Shown here: positions 1 through 9,670 of the stretch, piece by piece | Position numbering within the stretch: position 1 is the first letter of the stretch | Layout of the letters: each line of letters starts with the position of its first letter | Source: Candidatus Saccharimonadales bacterium | Lineage (GTDB): Bacteria > Patescibacteriota > Saccharimonadia > Saccharimonadales > Saccharimonadaceae | Direction: 5' to 3' | DNA: 64,000 nt | Assembly: GCA_047974525.1 (NCBI GenBank) | Contig: JBKECJ010000007.1 | Coordinates: forward strand, 36,508-100,507 | The notes under the pieces: generated by a model | Databases searched by the model: none | Told to the model about the DNA's origin: nothing | Seen by the model: only the letters and a program-made list of their open reading frames with translations | Position numbers and translations under genes: made by a program

Positions 1-696
1 TGCGTCTCGGCATACTCCGCCATACGCGTGTGGATGTCTCCTAGATCGCCATAATACCCACGTACGACGCCAACCATATGGTTGCCACGCGCTCTCGACT
101 CCTTTCCATCGGGGTCAAGTGATATCCAGTAGTGCGGTTCGCTTGGACTATCTACGAATCCAGCCCAGTCTTCGTGGATGCCGGCAATAGGCAAGTGCAG
201 GTTGATATCAAGGTCTTTCGCTGCCCTGCAAAAACGCACAAATGGTCTGTAAAATCCCGCTTCTCCATCAAACTCGTTACGACGGCCGCGAACAAAATGT
301 ATTGTTTCGAGATCCACGACCGAGACATCGCCGATCTTTTCTGACATTAGTCCGCGCTTTATTAGTTGTCGACGCATATTAAGTACAGAAATACGTTCGC
401 GTATTAATCGTGCCCTCGTTTCAAGTAGTCTTTCTTGATCTTCGATCAACTGCAAAATGTTCTCCGGCGTGCGATCTCTTTCCGTCTCGGCAATAGTCTT
501 CAAAGGAATCTCTAGGCTGTTTAGTACGCTTATGAACTTTACTTGTATGATTTGATCTGGAGTGTAGTATCGATACCTGTTGTGTTTATCTCGTCTCGCG
601 GGCATAAAGAACCCAAGATCGTCCCAGTACCTTAGGGCCGAACTCTCAACCCCCGACAGCTCAGAAAACTCTTTGATAGATAGAAAATCTTTCATT
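1..696 (-). CDS. MerR-family transcriptional regulator (C-terminus runs past the window start)
   Basis: Own minus-strand translation from the ATG at 696: MKDFLSIKEFSELSGVESSALRYWDDLGFFMPARRDKHNRYRYYTPDQIIQV..., the N-terminal HTH signature of MerR regulators. Absent from the ORF track because no stop lies inside the window. Confidence 0.6.
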
Positions 697-717
697 GAGT
701 AGATTTTAAGCTATTTT

Positions 718-1161
718 TTATTTTTTGTCCATTTGGTATCCGATACTATGAATAGTGCGGATAGAGCTTGCTCCCAGTTTTCCTCTTATGCGTTTAATAT
801 ATACTTCGATAGTATTGTTTGAGACTTCCTGTTTTTGTGGCCAGCACCCCGCAGCCAAAACATCTTTCGTTATAATCTCTCCCGTATGCGCCATAAAAAA
901 CCCAATTATCCTAAATTCTAGCGGCGTCACTCTGACTGTTTTCTTATTGCGTTTCAGGGTATGCAGATTGTTGTCTAGCTCGATATTGCCGTTTTTCAGT
1001 ATATTAGCTTCCCTTGATAATTCCGTGAGTAGAAAGTTGCAACCAGTTCTCTTATCATCGCTAACGCCGTGCGAAGCCAAGGCTACTTGGTATCCCGCAT
1101 TCTCAAGCACGCGTTTTATATCCTCGGCGACCGATTGCTGACTATCTATTAGTATCTTCAT
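718..1161 (-). CDS. OmpR/PhoB-type winged-helix regulator with a truncated receiver domain
   Basis: 147 aa. The N-terminus (MKILIDSQQ...LENAGYQVALASHG) looks like the first ~40 aa of a receiver domain but lacks the phospho-acceptor Asp. The C-terminus (TPLEFRII...NTIEVYIKRIRGKL...IHSIGY) is an OmpR wHTH. Confidence 0.5.
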   Translation of the reverse strand: MKILIDSQQSVAEDIKRVLENAGYQVALASHGVSDDKRTGCNFLLTELSREANILKNGNIELDNNLHTLKRNKKTVRVTPLEFRIIGFFMAHTGEIITKDVLAAGCWPQKQEVSNNTIEVYIKRIRGKLGASSIRTIHSIGYQMDKK

Positions 1162-1235
1162 CGTCTTTAAGCCCTACTATACCACAAAAAACCACCCGCT
1201 GCTTTCGCTCGGGTGGTATTTGTATCCAACAAGGA

Positions 1236-1646
1236 TTAGCGTTTGCTAAACTGTTCGCGTTTGCGAGCGCCACGTAGGCCGTAGTGCTTGCGTTCTTTTT
1301 CGCGTGAGTCGCGCTTCATGAGCCCGGCTTTCTTGAGAATTGGGCGGAATTCTGGGAATTCAGCAACCAATGCCTTAGAGATAGCGAGCTTAATCGCGTC
1401 AACCTGTCCGGCCATGCCGCCGCCGTTAACCTTCGCAGTGATATTGTAATCTTTCTGCTTCTGGGTGGCTGCAAGCGGGTCGGTAATCTCGGCGAGCAAT
1501 GTTTTATTGCCGCAGAGATAGTCTAGTGCTGGCTTATCGTTGATCGTAACTTCGCCTTTGCCCTTAATTAGACGTACGCGTGCTGTCGCAGCTTTGCGAC
1601 GGCCATCGCCGTAGGCGTATTTGGTTTTGCTAGCTGTAGCTATCAT
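1236..1646 (-). CDS. rpsI: 30S ribosomal protein S9
   Basis: 136 aa; GRRKAATARVRL core and C-terminal ...RKHYGLRGARKREQFSKR; 1-nt overlap with rplM stop. Confidence 0.9.
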   Translation of the reverse strand: MIATASKTKYAYGDGRRKAATARVRLIKGKGEVTINDKPALDYLCGNKTLLAEITDPLAATQKQKDYNITAKVNGGGMAGQVDAIKLAISKALVAEFPEFRPILKKAGLMKRDSREKERKHYGLRGARKREQFSKR

Positions 1647-2071
1647 TATTTAATCTCCTTTGGGGTCTGTGCTGTGTGGCTATGCTCTTCACCGTCAAAT
1701 ACACGGAGGCGAGACAAGCGGTCAGCTTGGAGTTTATTCTTTGGCAACATGCCAGCAACTGCTTGCGAGATGGCGTTAGCGGGATTCTTCTCGATAACTT
1801 CAGCTAGTGTGAGGTCTTTAAGACCGCCAATATAGCCAGAGTGTCGATAGTAATGCTTGTCAGTCATCTTATTGCCGGTTACGACAATCTTTTTCGCATT
1901 GGTCACTACAACGTAGTCGCCGTTATCTGTATGTGGGGTAAACGTTACTTTGCTTTTGCCAAGTAGTTTGTCTGCGATTACTACAGCGAGCTTGCCAAGG
2001 GGCATAGTCGAAGCGTCAATCGTCCACCATTCGCGGCTGACTTCAGTAGATTTTTGAGAATAAGTTTTCAT
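1646..2071 (-). CDS. rplM: 50S ribosomal protein L13
   Basis: 141 aa; MKTYSQKSTEVSREWWTIDAS... typical L13; position before rpsI. Confidence 0.9.
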   Translation of the reverse strand: MKTYSQKSTEVSREWWTIDASTMPLGKLAVVIADKLLGKSKVTFTPHTDNGDYVVVTNAKKIVVTGNKMTDKHYYRHSGYIGGLKDLTLAEVIEKNPANAISQAVAGMLPKNKLQADRLSRLRVFDGEEHSHTAQTPKEIK

Positions 2072-2517
2072 TATTTCTTCTCCTCTTTAGCTGCTGCCTT
2101 TGGGGCTGCTTTTGCAGCTTTTTCTTCGACCTTTTTTGCTGGCTCTTCGGCCTTCTCTACGATTTCATCAACAAATGAAATTGTAGCCATCTCGGTGTTG
2201 TCTCCCTTGCGGAAACCAGCGCGCTCGATGCGGAGGTATCCGCTATCGCGCTTGATTTGTGGAGCAACAACATCGACTAAGTAGCTGCCTACTTTTTGGT
2301 TATTAAGACGCGCTATAACTAGGCGACGGGCAGCGAGGTCACCTTTCTTTGCGTGCGTGATGAGTTTTTCTGCGTAGCGGCGAATTTCTTTCGCGCGAAT
2401 CAGAGTAGTCGTAATCGACCCATTCTCAAACAATGCAATAATCAGCCCATTGATCAGTGCTGCACGCTGATCGCGTTCGCGACCAAACTTGCGTCCCTTG
2501 TATCCGTGGCGATGCAT
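2071..2517 (-). CDS. rplQ: 50S ribosomal protein L17 (Lys/Ala/Glu-rich C-terminal tail)
   Basis: 148 aa; MHRHGYKGRKFGRERDQRAALINGL... L17; follows rpoA as in the alpha operon. Confidence 0.85.
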   Translation of the reverse strand: MHRHGYKGRKFGRERDQRAALINGLIIALFENGSITTTLIRAKEIRRYAEKLITHAKKGDLAARRLVIARLNNQKVGSYLVDVVAPQIKRDSGYLRIERAGFRKGDNTEMATISFVDEIVEKAEEPAKKVEEKAAKAAPKAAAKEEKK

Positions 2518-2518
2518 A

Positions 2519-3442
2519 TTATACTTTCAACTCCGTTAACTTTTCTCTAACCTCATCAAGTGCTTTGGTGCCGAAGCCCTTTAGCTCTTTAAGGTCGGTT
2601 TCCGACAACATTACGAGGTCACGGATTGTGCGAATTTCGTTGTTGAGAAGTGCGTTTGCGGTACGAGCCGATAGACCCATTTCTTCAACTGGCATCATCA
2701 ATCCAGATTCATCTTCTGCTTTTGTCGTGGTTGGTGCTGGTGCAGACTCTACGGTCGTGCTTCCAGCAAGCGCTTGGTACTGGTTCACCAAGATCGCTGC
2801 AGCTTCCTCAAATGCTTCTTTTGGAGTAAGCGTGCCATCGGTGTCGATAGTAAGAGTTAGCTGTTGTAGGTTTGTGTCTTGTCCGACACGGGTGTTCTCT
2901 GCTTTGTAGCGTACGCGAAGTACTGGGGTAAATAGCGCGTCAATTGCGATCATATCGCTATGTACGCGGTCTTCACCAGCTTGCTCAATACTTAGGTAGC
3001 CACGGCCGGTATCAACTACGAAGTCCATCTTCAATGTGAATTTTGGATCATCAATATTACAGATAATCTGTTGTGGGTTTGCAATTTCTACCTCTGCTGG
3101 CAACTTGATGTCACCTGCGAGCACTACGCCCGAACCCTTTTTCTCTAGGTGCAACTCAATTGGTGCATCCGAGTGGGACTTAACGTGAATGTTCTTAAGG
3201 TTGAGCATGATGTCTACTACGTCTTCCGTAACGCCAGGAACTGCAGTAAATTCATGCGATGCTCCTTCAACGCGGAATGCCGTAATTGCGGCACCTTTAA
3301 TGCTGCTGAGGAGAACACGGCGTAGCGAGTTGCCAAGTGTATTGCCATAGCCATAGTAAAGTGGCTTGATGACGAAGCTTGCACTGTTCTCGCCGAGATC
3401 GTTGATTTCTGCTAATTCTGCTTCGTGAATAACTTTTGTCAT
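2519..3442 (-). CDS. rpoA: DNA-directed RNA polymerase alpha subunit
   Basis: 307 aa; N-terminal dimerisation domain and C-terminal ...IRTIRDLVMLSETDLKELKGFGTKALDEVREKL alpha-CTD. Confidence 0.9.
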   Translation of the reverse strand: MTKVIHEAELAEINDLGENSASFVIKPLYYGYGNTLGNSLRRVLLSSIKGAAITAFRVEGASHEFTAVPGVTEDVVDIMLNLKNIHVKSHSDAPIELHLEKKGSGVVLAGDIKLPAEVEIANPQQIICNIDDPKFTLKMDFVVDTGRGYLSIEQAGEDRVHSDMIAIDALFTPVLRVRYKAENTRVGQDTNLQQLTLTIDTDGTLTPKEAFEEAAAILVNQYQALAGSTTVESAPAPTTTKAEDESGLMMPVEEMGLSARTANALLNNEIRTIRDLVMLSETDLKELKGFGTKALDEVREKLTELKV

Positions 3443-3451
3443 ATTTCTCCT

Positions 3452-4069
3452 TTAGCGTGAGTAGAACTCTACGATTAATTGTTCGTTAATGCCCACCTCG
3501 GCCTCTTCTCGCTTTGGTGATCCTGTGATTTCGATTTTCATCTTTTTAGCGTCAGATTTCATCCACGAAAGTGGTGACTGGTTTGCTGCGCCAATGATGT
3601 TTGCTAGATTTTTGAAATATTCAGTTTTCTGCGATTTCTCACGAACTTCAAGTACGTCGCCGGCTTTTAGGCGGATTGATGGAATATCAATGCGACGACC
3701 ATTCAATGTGAAATGTCCGTGTGATACGAGCTGACGTGCAGCGCGGCGCGTGGTTGCAAAACCAGCGCGGTAAACTGCGTTATCTGCTCGGCGCTCTAGG
3801 AAGTTCAGGAGGTTCTCACCTGTCATACCTTCGGCTTTTTGTGCTTCACGCATCAACTTTGCGAACTGCTTCTCAAGTAGACCATAAATACGGCGAACTT
3901 TTTGCTTCTCGCGTAGCTGAGTTAGGTAGAGGCTTCCGCCTCGAATGCGCATATCAGCGTGCTGTCCTGGAATCCCAGATTTTTTCGCCATGATCTTGTG
4001 GGCTTTTGGAGCCAACGCATAACCTTCGCGGCGGGATTGCTTTCCTATTGGTGTAATGTCTCGTGCCAT
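3452..4069 (-). CDS. rpsD: 30S ribosomal protein S4
   Basis: S4 sequence begins at MARDITPIGKQSRREGYALAPK... (internal Met of the longer track ORF). ATG at 4069 sits 1 nt after the rpsK stop and is preceded by AGGGAGAGAGG. Confidence 0.85.
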   Translation of the reverse strand: MARDITPIGKQSRREGYALAPKAHKIMAKKSGIPGQHADMRIRGGSLYLTQLREKQKVRRIYGLLEKQFAKLMREAQKAEGMTGENLLNFLERRADNAVYRAGFATTRRAARQLVSHGHFTLNGRRIDIPSIRLKAGDVLEVREKSQKTEYFKNLANIIGAANQSPLSWMKSDAKKMKIEITGSPKREEAEVGINEQLIVEFYSR

Positions 4070-4070
4070 A

Positions 4071-4508
4071 TTATGGTTTCCTCTCTCCCTTTGGTCGTAC
4101 GCCACCATGTGGAATTGGCGTCTTGTCCGTAACGCTGTTAATGCTGATTCCGACTGTACCAAATGCGCGGACGGCGCTATCGCGGCCAAGTCCGATACCC
4201 TTTACGAATACATCAATACTGCCCATTCCATGATCGCGCTTTGCGATCTCGGCAACCTTCTCAGCTGCGATTTGAGCTGCATATGCGGTGCCTTTCTTTG
4301 AGCCACGGAAACCATTTGCGCCAGCCGAAGATGCGGTGAGAATCTCACCCTTCTTGTCGGTCACGCTAATGATGGTGTTATTAAATGTTGCTTGAATATG
4401 TGCTTCGCCAGCAGTGACAATACGTTTGCCTTTTTTGCCTTTGCTTTTAGCGACTTTTTGCTCCACAACTGGAGCTTCTGTGGTAGTAGTTTTAACTTCT
4501 TCTGCCAT
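4071..4508 (-). CDS. rpsK: 30S ribosomal protein S11
   Basis: 145 aa; ...TFNNTIISVTDKKGEILTASSAGANGFRGSKKGTAYAAQIAAE... S11. Confidence 0.9.
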   Translation of the reverse strand: MAEEVKTTTTEAPVVEQKVAKSKGKKGKRIVTAGEAHIQATFNNTIISVTDKKGEILTASSAGANGFRGSKKGTAYAAQIAAEKVAEIAKRDHGMGSIDVFVKGIGLGRDSAVRAFGTVGISINSVTDKTPIPHGGVRPKGERKP

Positions 4509-4517
4509 ATTGACTCC

Positions 4518-4904
4518 TTATGTTTTGCTCGCTGCTTTAGGTTGTGCTCCACCGACAGCGATTGCTCTACCCTTACGAGTTCGCGCATTCGTACGAGTTC
4601 TCTGTCCGTTTACAGGAAGACCAGCTTTATGGCGTAGTCCCTTGTAGGAGTTGATATCCTTGATGCGTTTAACGTTGTTAGTTACGAGGCGTTTCAAATC
4701 TCCTTCAACGGAATATTTGTTTGAAATAATATCGTTGAGTTTCTGTTCGTCAGCCTCGGTGAGATCTTTCACCCGAGTGGTCGGCTCAATTTTGGCCGCC
4801 GCAAGGATGGCTTTGCTTGTGGTAGTACCTACTCCAAAAACGTAAGTTAGTGCAATCTGCACTTGCTTATCGCTAGGAATGGTTACACCGGCTATTCTTG
4901 CCAT
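4518..4904 (-). CDS. rpsM: 30S ribosomal protein S13
   Basis: 128 aa; [26 protein letters not shown]... S13. Confidence 0.9.
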   Translation of the reverse strand: MARIAGVTIPSDKQVQIALTYVFGVGTTTSKAILAAAKIEPTTRVKDLTEADEQKLNDIISNKYSVEGDLKRLVTNNVKRIKDINSYKGLRHKAGLPVNGQRTRTNARTRKGRAIAVGGAQPKAASKT

Positions 4905-4906
4905 GC

Positions 4907-5023
4907 TTAACCCTGCCTTTGCTTATTCTTAGGTTTTTTCTTATTGATGACTCTCAGTACGCCTTTACGACGGACGATGATGTCATCGGGACTTATTTTC
5001 TTTACACTCGCGCGAACTTTCAT
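4907..5023 (-). CDS. rpmJ: 50S ribosomal protein L36, zinc-ligand-free (C-minus) variant
   Basis: Own translation: [38 protein letters not shown] (38 aa). Matches L36 at both ends, but the Cys/Cys/Cys/His zinc ligands are replaced by S/D/N/K. Canonical infA-rpmJ-rpsM slot; too short for the ORF track. Confidence 0.7.
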   Translation of the reverse strand: MKVRASVKKISPDDIIVRRKGVLRVINKKKPKNKQRQG

Positions 5024-5107
5024 GTAGTAGAAAATATCCTTTCCGGATAGTTAGCTGTAATTTAAAGATGCTCATATATGAACATCTAGCATAACTTCCT
5101 ATTAAAA

Positions 5108-5332
5108 TTAATCTTTGAGGCGGAAGCTGATTCTGCCCTTTGTAAGATCGTAAGGGGTTAACTCAACTTCTACCTTATCACCGGGCACAAGGCGGATAAA
5201 ATTCTTTCGCATTTTACCTGACATGTGCGCGATAATAATATGACCATTCTCGAGAGAAACCCGAAACTGGGTACCAGGTAAAGCCTCAACGACTTTGCCC
5301 GTGAGTTTAATCACTTCCTTTTGACTAGCCAT
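5108..5332 (-). CDS. infA: translation initiation factor IF-1
   Basis: 74 aa; ...[39 protein letters not shown]... S1-like IF-1. Upstream promoter-like TTTACT-17-TACAAT. Confidence 0.9.
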   Translation of the reverse strand: MASQKEVIKLTGKVVEALPGTQFRVSLENGHIIIAHMSGKMRKNFIRLVPGDKVEVELTPYDLTKGRISFRLKD

Positions 5333-5396
5333 AAATTACCAAGCTATTGTATCAAATTTTTTGCAATAAGTAAAGAGTAAAATAAGGTTTCTCAGA

Positions 5397-6095
5397 TTAG
5401 TTTTCCACAAGTACTGCGCGCACCATCGCTCGTGACAAATATGTTCGTCGCTCGGTCGTCCATTCGCCAGTACATGTAATTAGCGATATTGACTCTTTTC
5501 CGGCAACTGGAGATTTCTGCATCATGCCCATATAGGTATTTGCCTCTTCCACGCTCATGGTCTTGTTCTCTACCACTTCGTAGGTAAATTTAGTACCATC
5601 ACCCCGTTCGATGATTATCTTATCGCCGTTGTTTAGCTTATCAAGCTTCTTAAACACACCAGCCTGTGTCGGGCCACCATTGTGCCCATCCATAAGCAAT
5701 GTACCGCCGCTGCCTGGCTTTGATGATTTATTGTACCAACCCACATCATAGATGCTTTTTGGTACACCCATCTTATTGTCGCTCGTTAATCCAACGCCGA
5801 GCACTCGCGCATTGCGTGTGCCTAGGCGCTCGATCGTCAAATACCGTGGTTCATCTGCCGCTACAATATGCTCTCGGATTTGTGCTTCGGTAATCTCTTC
5901 CTCTTCAACTTCGGTTTCTTCTTCGTAGTCAACAGTTGCTGGGCCGGCAATGGCGCGCAGGCTACCTTCTTTTTCTCCGTAATAGATTTGCTCCCAAACG
6001 AAGACTTTGATAAGGCATCCTACGATAAATGCAAGGCACAGCCAAAATAAGATTTTCGGAATTTTGCCCACAAAACTATTTATCTTTAGACTCAT
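5397..6095 (-). CDS. sortase-family transpeptidase (membrane-anchored)
   Basis: 232 aa; N-terminal TM helix and acidic linker. Catalytic region ...GTLLMDGHNGG...SLITCTGEW... with the TLxTC Cys motif. Occupies the slot where adk and map normally lie. Confidence 0.6.
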   Translation of the reverse strand: MSLKINSFVGKIPKILFWLCLAFIVGCLIKVFVWEQIYYGEKEGSLRAIAGPATVDYEEETEVEEEEITEAQIREHIVAADEPRYLTIERLGTRNARVLGVGLTSDNKMGVPKSIYDVGWYNKSSKPGSGGTLLMDGHNGGPTQAGVFKKLDKLNNGDKIIIERGDGTKFTYEVVENKTMSVEEANTYMGMMQKSPVAGKESISLITCTGEWTTERRTYLSRAMVRAVLVEN

Positions 6096-7495
6096 TTGTA
6101 CTCGTCGTAAGTAACCATCAGCGCTCGTGAATTAAGCTGACGGAGACTTTCGAGGGCCACCGTCACCACGATAAGTAAGCCTGTACCAGATAGGGATAGC
6201 CCGATAGGGGCACCACTGATAACTATAAAGATATAGTCGGTAATATAAGGGAGCATTGCAATCAAGCCTAGCGCAAGCGCGCCAAACAAGTTCAAGCGTC
6301 GAACTGTGCGGCTGAAGTACTTTTCGGTCTCCAAACCTGGACGCACGCCTTCAATGAACCCGCCCTGCTTCTGTAAGTTTTCAGCAATCTCTTTCGTATT
6401 GAATATGATACTCGTGTAGAAGAACGTAAATGCAACGACTAGTAGGAAGTAACAAATTGGGTAAATAAACCACTCTGGAGTTAGCCCAGAAAAGTTTGAT
6501 GCCGATGGCGCCGAGAACCACGAAACAAGGTTTGCTGCCACTTGATTATCTGGGTTGGCGGATAGCATGATTTGCCCCACGAACGCAGGCAGCGACAAGA
6601 ACGCAACTGCAAAGATCACTGGTACCACGCCAGCCGCGATTAGCTTGATTGGCATAATCGACTTAATGCCACCGTATGCGCTGTTGCCGTGTACGCGTTT
6701 CGCATAGTTGATAGTCACAATGCGCTGCGCTTCGTTAACCTTAACAAGGAAATACAAGACGATAACTAACCCCACTGCGAAGCCTAACACTATGAAGAAT
6801 GCTGATGGGTTAACCGGTAGGTCGAACCAACCAAATAGGCTGAGTGACCCAGCAGACGTATCAAATAGAGATGTAATGATGCTTGCAAGCGTTGCTGGGA
6901 ATGACGAAATAATGCTTGCGAAGATAATCATGGAAGTACCGTTTCCAATCCCCTGTTCTGTGATCAGCTCGCCGAGCCACATCAGAAGAATTGATCCTGC
7001 CGACATCGCCGTAATAGATAGTATCCATTGGATAGCGGTTGGCTCAATAGCAACCGTGGTGTTTGTGGCGAGAACCTGCTGGTAGAGGATAAAGATATAA
7101 GCAATTGACTGCAGGATCGCGAGTGGTACGGCCAACATGCGCGTCCATTGGTTGATCTTGCGCCTACCAGATTCACCGTCTTTGTGTAGCTCTTCCATGC
7201 GCGGAATCGCTTTAGTCAAAAGCTGAACCACGATCGACGCGGTAATAAATGGCGATAGTCCTACGAGGATAATTGAGAAACTTGTAAGCCCGCCACCAGA
7301 AATGAGATTTAGAAATCCGCCAAAGTCTGTACTTGTAATCAGATTATTTACTGCGTCCTTAAACGTGCTGGCATCACCTAGCGGTACTGGAATGTGTGCA
7401 AGCAGTCGATAGGCAATAAGAATACCAAAAATAATGGCGATTCGCTTCAGCATATCTTTGCTGCGTAGGGATTGGAGAATAGTCTTAAAATTCAT
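6092..7495 (-). CDS. secY: preprotein translocase subunit SecY
   Basis: Multi-TM protein with SecY signatures. Start taken at MNFKTILQSL (ATG 7495 with AGAGG RBS); an upstream in-frame ATG at 7528 is possible. Confidence 0.85.
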   Translation of the reverse strand: MNFKTILQSLRSKDMLKRIAIIFGILIAYRLLAHIPVPLGDASTFKDAVNNLITSTDFGGFLNLISGGGLTSFSIILVGLSPFITASIVVQLLTKAIPRMEELHKDGESGRRKINQWTRMLAVPLAILQSIAYIFILYQQVLATNTTVAIEPTAIQWILSITAMSAGSILLMWLGELITEQGIGNGTSMIIFASIISSFPATLASIITSLFDTSAGSLSLFGWFDLPVNPSAFFIVLGFAVGLVIVLYFLVKVNEAQRIVTINYAKRVHGNSAYGGIKSIMPIKLIAAGVVPVIFAVAFLSLPAFVGQIMLSANPDNQVAANLVSWFSAPSASNFSGLTPEWFIYPICYFLLVVAFTFFYTSIIFNTKEIAENLQKQGGFIEGVRPGLETEKYFSRTVRRLNLFGALALGLIAMLPYITDYIFIVISGAPIGLSLSGTGLLIVVTVALESLRQLNSRALMVTYDEYK

Positions 7496-7578
7496 GAAAC
7501 CTCTGATTAGCTTCCACCATGATAACATAGTTTCACGAACGAATAAAGTGGTATTTGGGGAATTTACTAGTGAGCAAG

Positions 7579-7606
7579 AAAAAACCCGCCCTAAGGCGGA
7601 TTTTCT
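7579..7606 (-). terminator. rho-independent terminator between rplO and secY
   Basis: Hairpin CCGCC-CTAA-GGCGG (7586-7599) flanked by an A-run and a T-run. On the minus strand it is followed by TTTTTTC, 20 nt after the rplO stop. Confidence 0.55.
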
Positions 7607-7625
7607 CTGTTATTTCGAGCTGGAT

Positions 7626-8096
7626 TTATTCAGCTGTTTTGGTTTTTTCGCGCATAGGCACGGTTGTCTTCACGAAGCTACCACCAGCTTTCTTGATCTG
7701 CTCGATAGCAGTCTTGCTAGCGAACTGTACTTTGAGATTAACCGTATTAGTCATTTCTTCTCCGCGTACGATAACTTTCACCTTTACGTATGGGCTGGTG
7801 ATCAAGTTATTTTCTGCGAGTACGTAGTTGTCGACATCGCCCTTCAAGGTATTCAAAACATCAGTATATACAACATCTGCCTTGTCATGAATCGAGCGGA
7901 AACCTTTAAGTTTAGGGATTGCCTGCATAAATGCACGCTGGCCACCCATAAACCCTGCTGGCATCTTTTTGTGACCGGTACGGGATTTTTGACCCTTCGT
8001 ACCGCGACCAGCGGTTTTACCTTGCCCTGCCGCAATACCGCGACCAACACGCTTGGTGCTCTTATTTGCGGCTACGTTCAGTTCATTGTATTTCAT
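7626..8096 (-). CDS. rplO: 50S ribosomal protein L15
   Basis: 156 aa; ...KRVGRGIAAGQGKTAGRGTKGQKSRTGH... L15. Confidence 0.9.
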   Translation of the reverse strand: MKYNELNVAANKSTKRVGRGIAAGQGKTAGRGTKGQKSRTGHKKMPAGFMGGQRAFMQAIPKLKGFRSIHDKADVVYTDVLNTLKGDVDNYVLAENNLITSPYVKVKVIVRGEEMTNTVNLKVQFASKTAIEQIKKAGGSFVKTTVPMREKTKTAE

Positions 8097-8740
8097 TACT
8101 TATCCTCCTTCTTGGCGGATTTCTTCTCTGCAGGCTTCTCAGCGTTTAGCCAATCCTTGCGAGCAACTTGTTGGCGTAGACCTTCAATAACCGCGTAAGC
8201 GATATTGGTTTTGTTGGTCGAGCCAATTGATTTGCTGATCAGGTTCTTAATGCCCGTAAGGCCAATCACCGATCGCACCACGCCACCGGCGATAATACCG
8301 GTACCTGGGGCAGCTGGCTTCATCAATACATGAGCACCAGTTACCTTGGTTTCAACTTCGTGGCAAATTGTTTCGCCGTTCATGTTGATCGTGATCATAT
8401 TTTTCTTTGCGCGCTGCTCAGCTTTCTGTACTGCAGTAGTCACGTCTGCGCCCTTTGCGAGCCCAACACCGATTTTGTTTTTGTGGTTGCCCACAGCAAC
8501 AAGTGCCTGGAAGCGCATGCGGCGTCCGCCCTTAACCGTGCGGGAAACGCGATTGATGCTGATATTTATACTGTCAAATTCTTTTGGCGCCTGATCTTCC
8601 ATTGCACGGCGATTGCGACGATTGTCGCGGCGTCGGTTTTGGAAATCATTTTGCGATTTTTGTTCTTTTGCGGCAACAGCTTCATCAGAAAGCTTTGTTG
8701 TGCCGGACTTGTTGATTACTCTAGGTTGCTTGTTTTCCAT
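8096..8740 (-). CDS. rpsE: 30S ribosomal protein S5 (with ~60 aa basic N-terminal extension)
   Basis: 214 aa. S5 core INRVSRTVKGGRRMRFQALVAVGN... follows an extension rich in R/N/Q. No L30 gene lies between this and rplO. Confidence 0.85.
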   Translation of the reverse strand: MENKQPRVINKSGTTKLSDEAVAAKEQKSQNDFQNRRRDNRRNRRAMEDQAPKEFDSINISINRVSRTVKGGRRMRFQALVAVGNHKNKIGVGLAKGADVTTAVQKAEQRAKKNMITINMNGETICHEVETKVTGAHVLMKPAAPGTGIIAGGVVRSVIGLTGIKNLISKSIGSTNKTNIAYAVIEGLRQQVARKDWLNAEKPAEKKSAKKEDK

Positions 8741-8741
8741 A

Positions 8742-9071
8742 CTAGAACTCCAATCCTTCCTTGCGGACGGCTTCTGCGAGGGCGCTCATGCGACCTGCGT
8801 AAAGTCGGGAACCGCGGTCAAAAACGACCTGCTTGACGTTGGCTTTCTTAGCTTTTTTGCTAATCTCAGCACCCACGTAAGCTGCCAGTTCCTTCTTGGT
8901 ACCTTTTTGCTTTGCTCCAACTGTAGTTGCATAGGCGATTGTTGCGCCTTTGTCGTCGTTAATAATTTGTGCCGTAATATGAGTATTGCTAATGAATACT
9001 GCTAGGCGAGGTCGCGTCTCTGTGCCGTGAATCTTGGCGCGAGTGCGTTTTTTACGAAAATCAGCTTTCAT
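8742..9071 (-). CDS. rplR: 50S ribosomal protein L18
   Basis: 109 aa; ...RLAVFISNTHITAQIINDDKGATIAYATTV... L18. Confidence 0.9.
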   Translation of the reverse strand: MKADFRKKRTRAKIHGTETRPRLAVFISNTHITAQIINDDKGATIAYATTVGAKQKGTKKELAAYVGAEISKKAKKANVKQVVFDRGSRLYAGRMSALAEAVRKEGLEF

Positions 9072-9073
9072 GA

Positions 9074-9610
9074 TTATTTCTTCCCTGCCTTTCCGGCCTT
9101 ACGGATGATGACCTCATCAATATATTTAATGCCCTTACCCTTGTATGGCTCTGGCTTGCGCAAGCTGCGAATCTCTGCAGCAACTTGACCAACTTTCTGT
9201 TTGTCAATTCCGCTAACTGTGATTTCCATCTTCTCAGTCTTCAACTCGACACCTTCTGGTGCTTCGTATTTAACTGGATGGCTATATCCTAGCGCCATGT
9301 CAATTTGCTTGCCGCCGCCAGAAAGCCTAAAACCAACGCCGTTGATTTCTAGTTTCTTCTCAAAGCCTTTCGTTACGCCGACTACAGCGTTGTTCAAAAG
9401 TGAACGCTGTAACCCGTGCCAAGCCTTCGACTCTGGCGCGTCGTCTTTGCGAGTAACGATAATTTTGTTGTCTTCTACCTTAGTGGTAGTATTCTGTTGG
9501 ACAGGAACCTGAAGTGTGCCTTTTGGGCCGGCAACGGAAATTTCCGCCTCGCCAACCGTAATTGTCACGCCTGCAGGAATGTCCACAGGTAGTTTTCCGA
9601 TACGACTCAT
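9074..9610 (-). CDS. rplF: 50S ribosomal protein L6
   Basis: 178 aa; MSRIGKLPVDIPAGVTITVG... two L6 repeats. Confidence 0.9.
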   Translation of the reverse strand: MSRIGKLPVDIPAGVTITVGEAEISVAGPKGTLQVPVQQNTTTKVEDNKIIVTRKDDAPESKAWHGLQRSLLNNAVVGVTKGFEKKLEINGVGFRLSGGGKQIDMALGYSHPVKYEAPEGVELKTEKMEITVSGIDKQKVGQVAAEIRSLRKPEPYKGKGIKYIDEVIIRKAGKAGKK

Positions 9611-9670
9611 ATCATTCCTTTGTTAATAATCTAGAGTATTATATCATATCTGGGCGTATTCTTGCAAGAG

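Noticed and set aside
132-344. 70-aa plus-strand ORF
   Set aside because: Lies antisense inside the clearly recognisable MerR-family gene (1-696, minus); no RBS.
7434-8198. 254-aa plus-strand ORF
   Set aside because: Antisense to rplO and rpsE, whose products have unambiguous ribosomal signatures; sense/antisense artefact.
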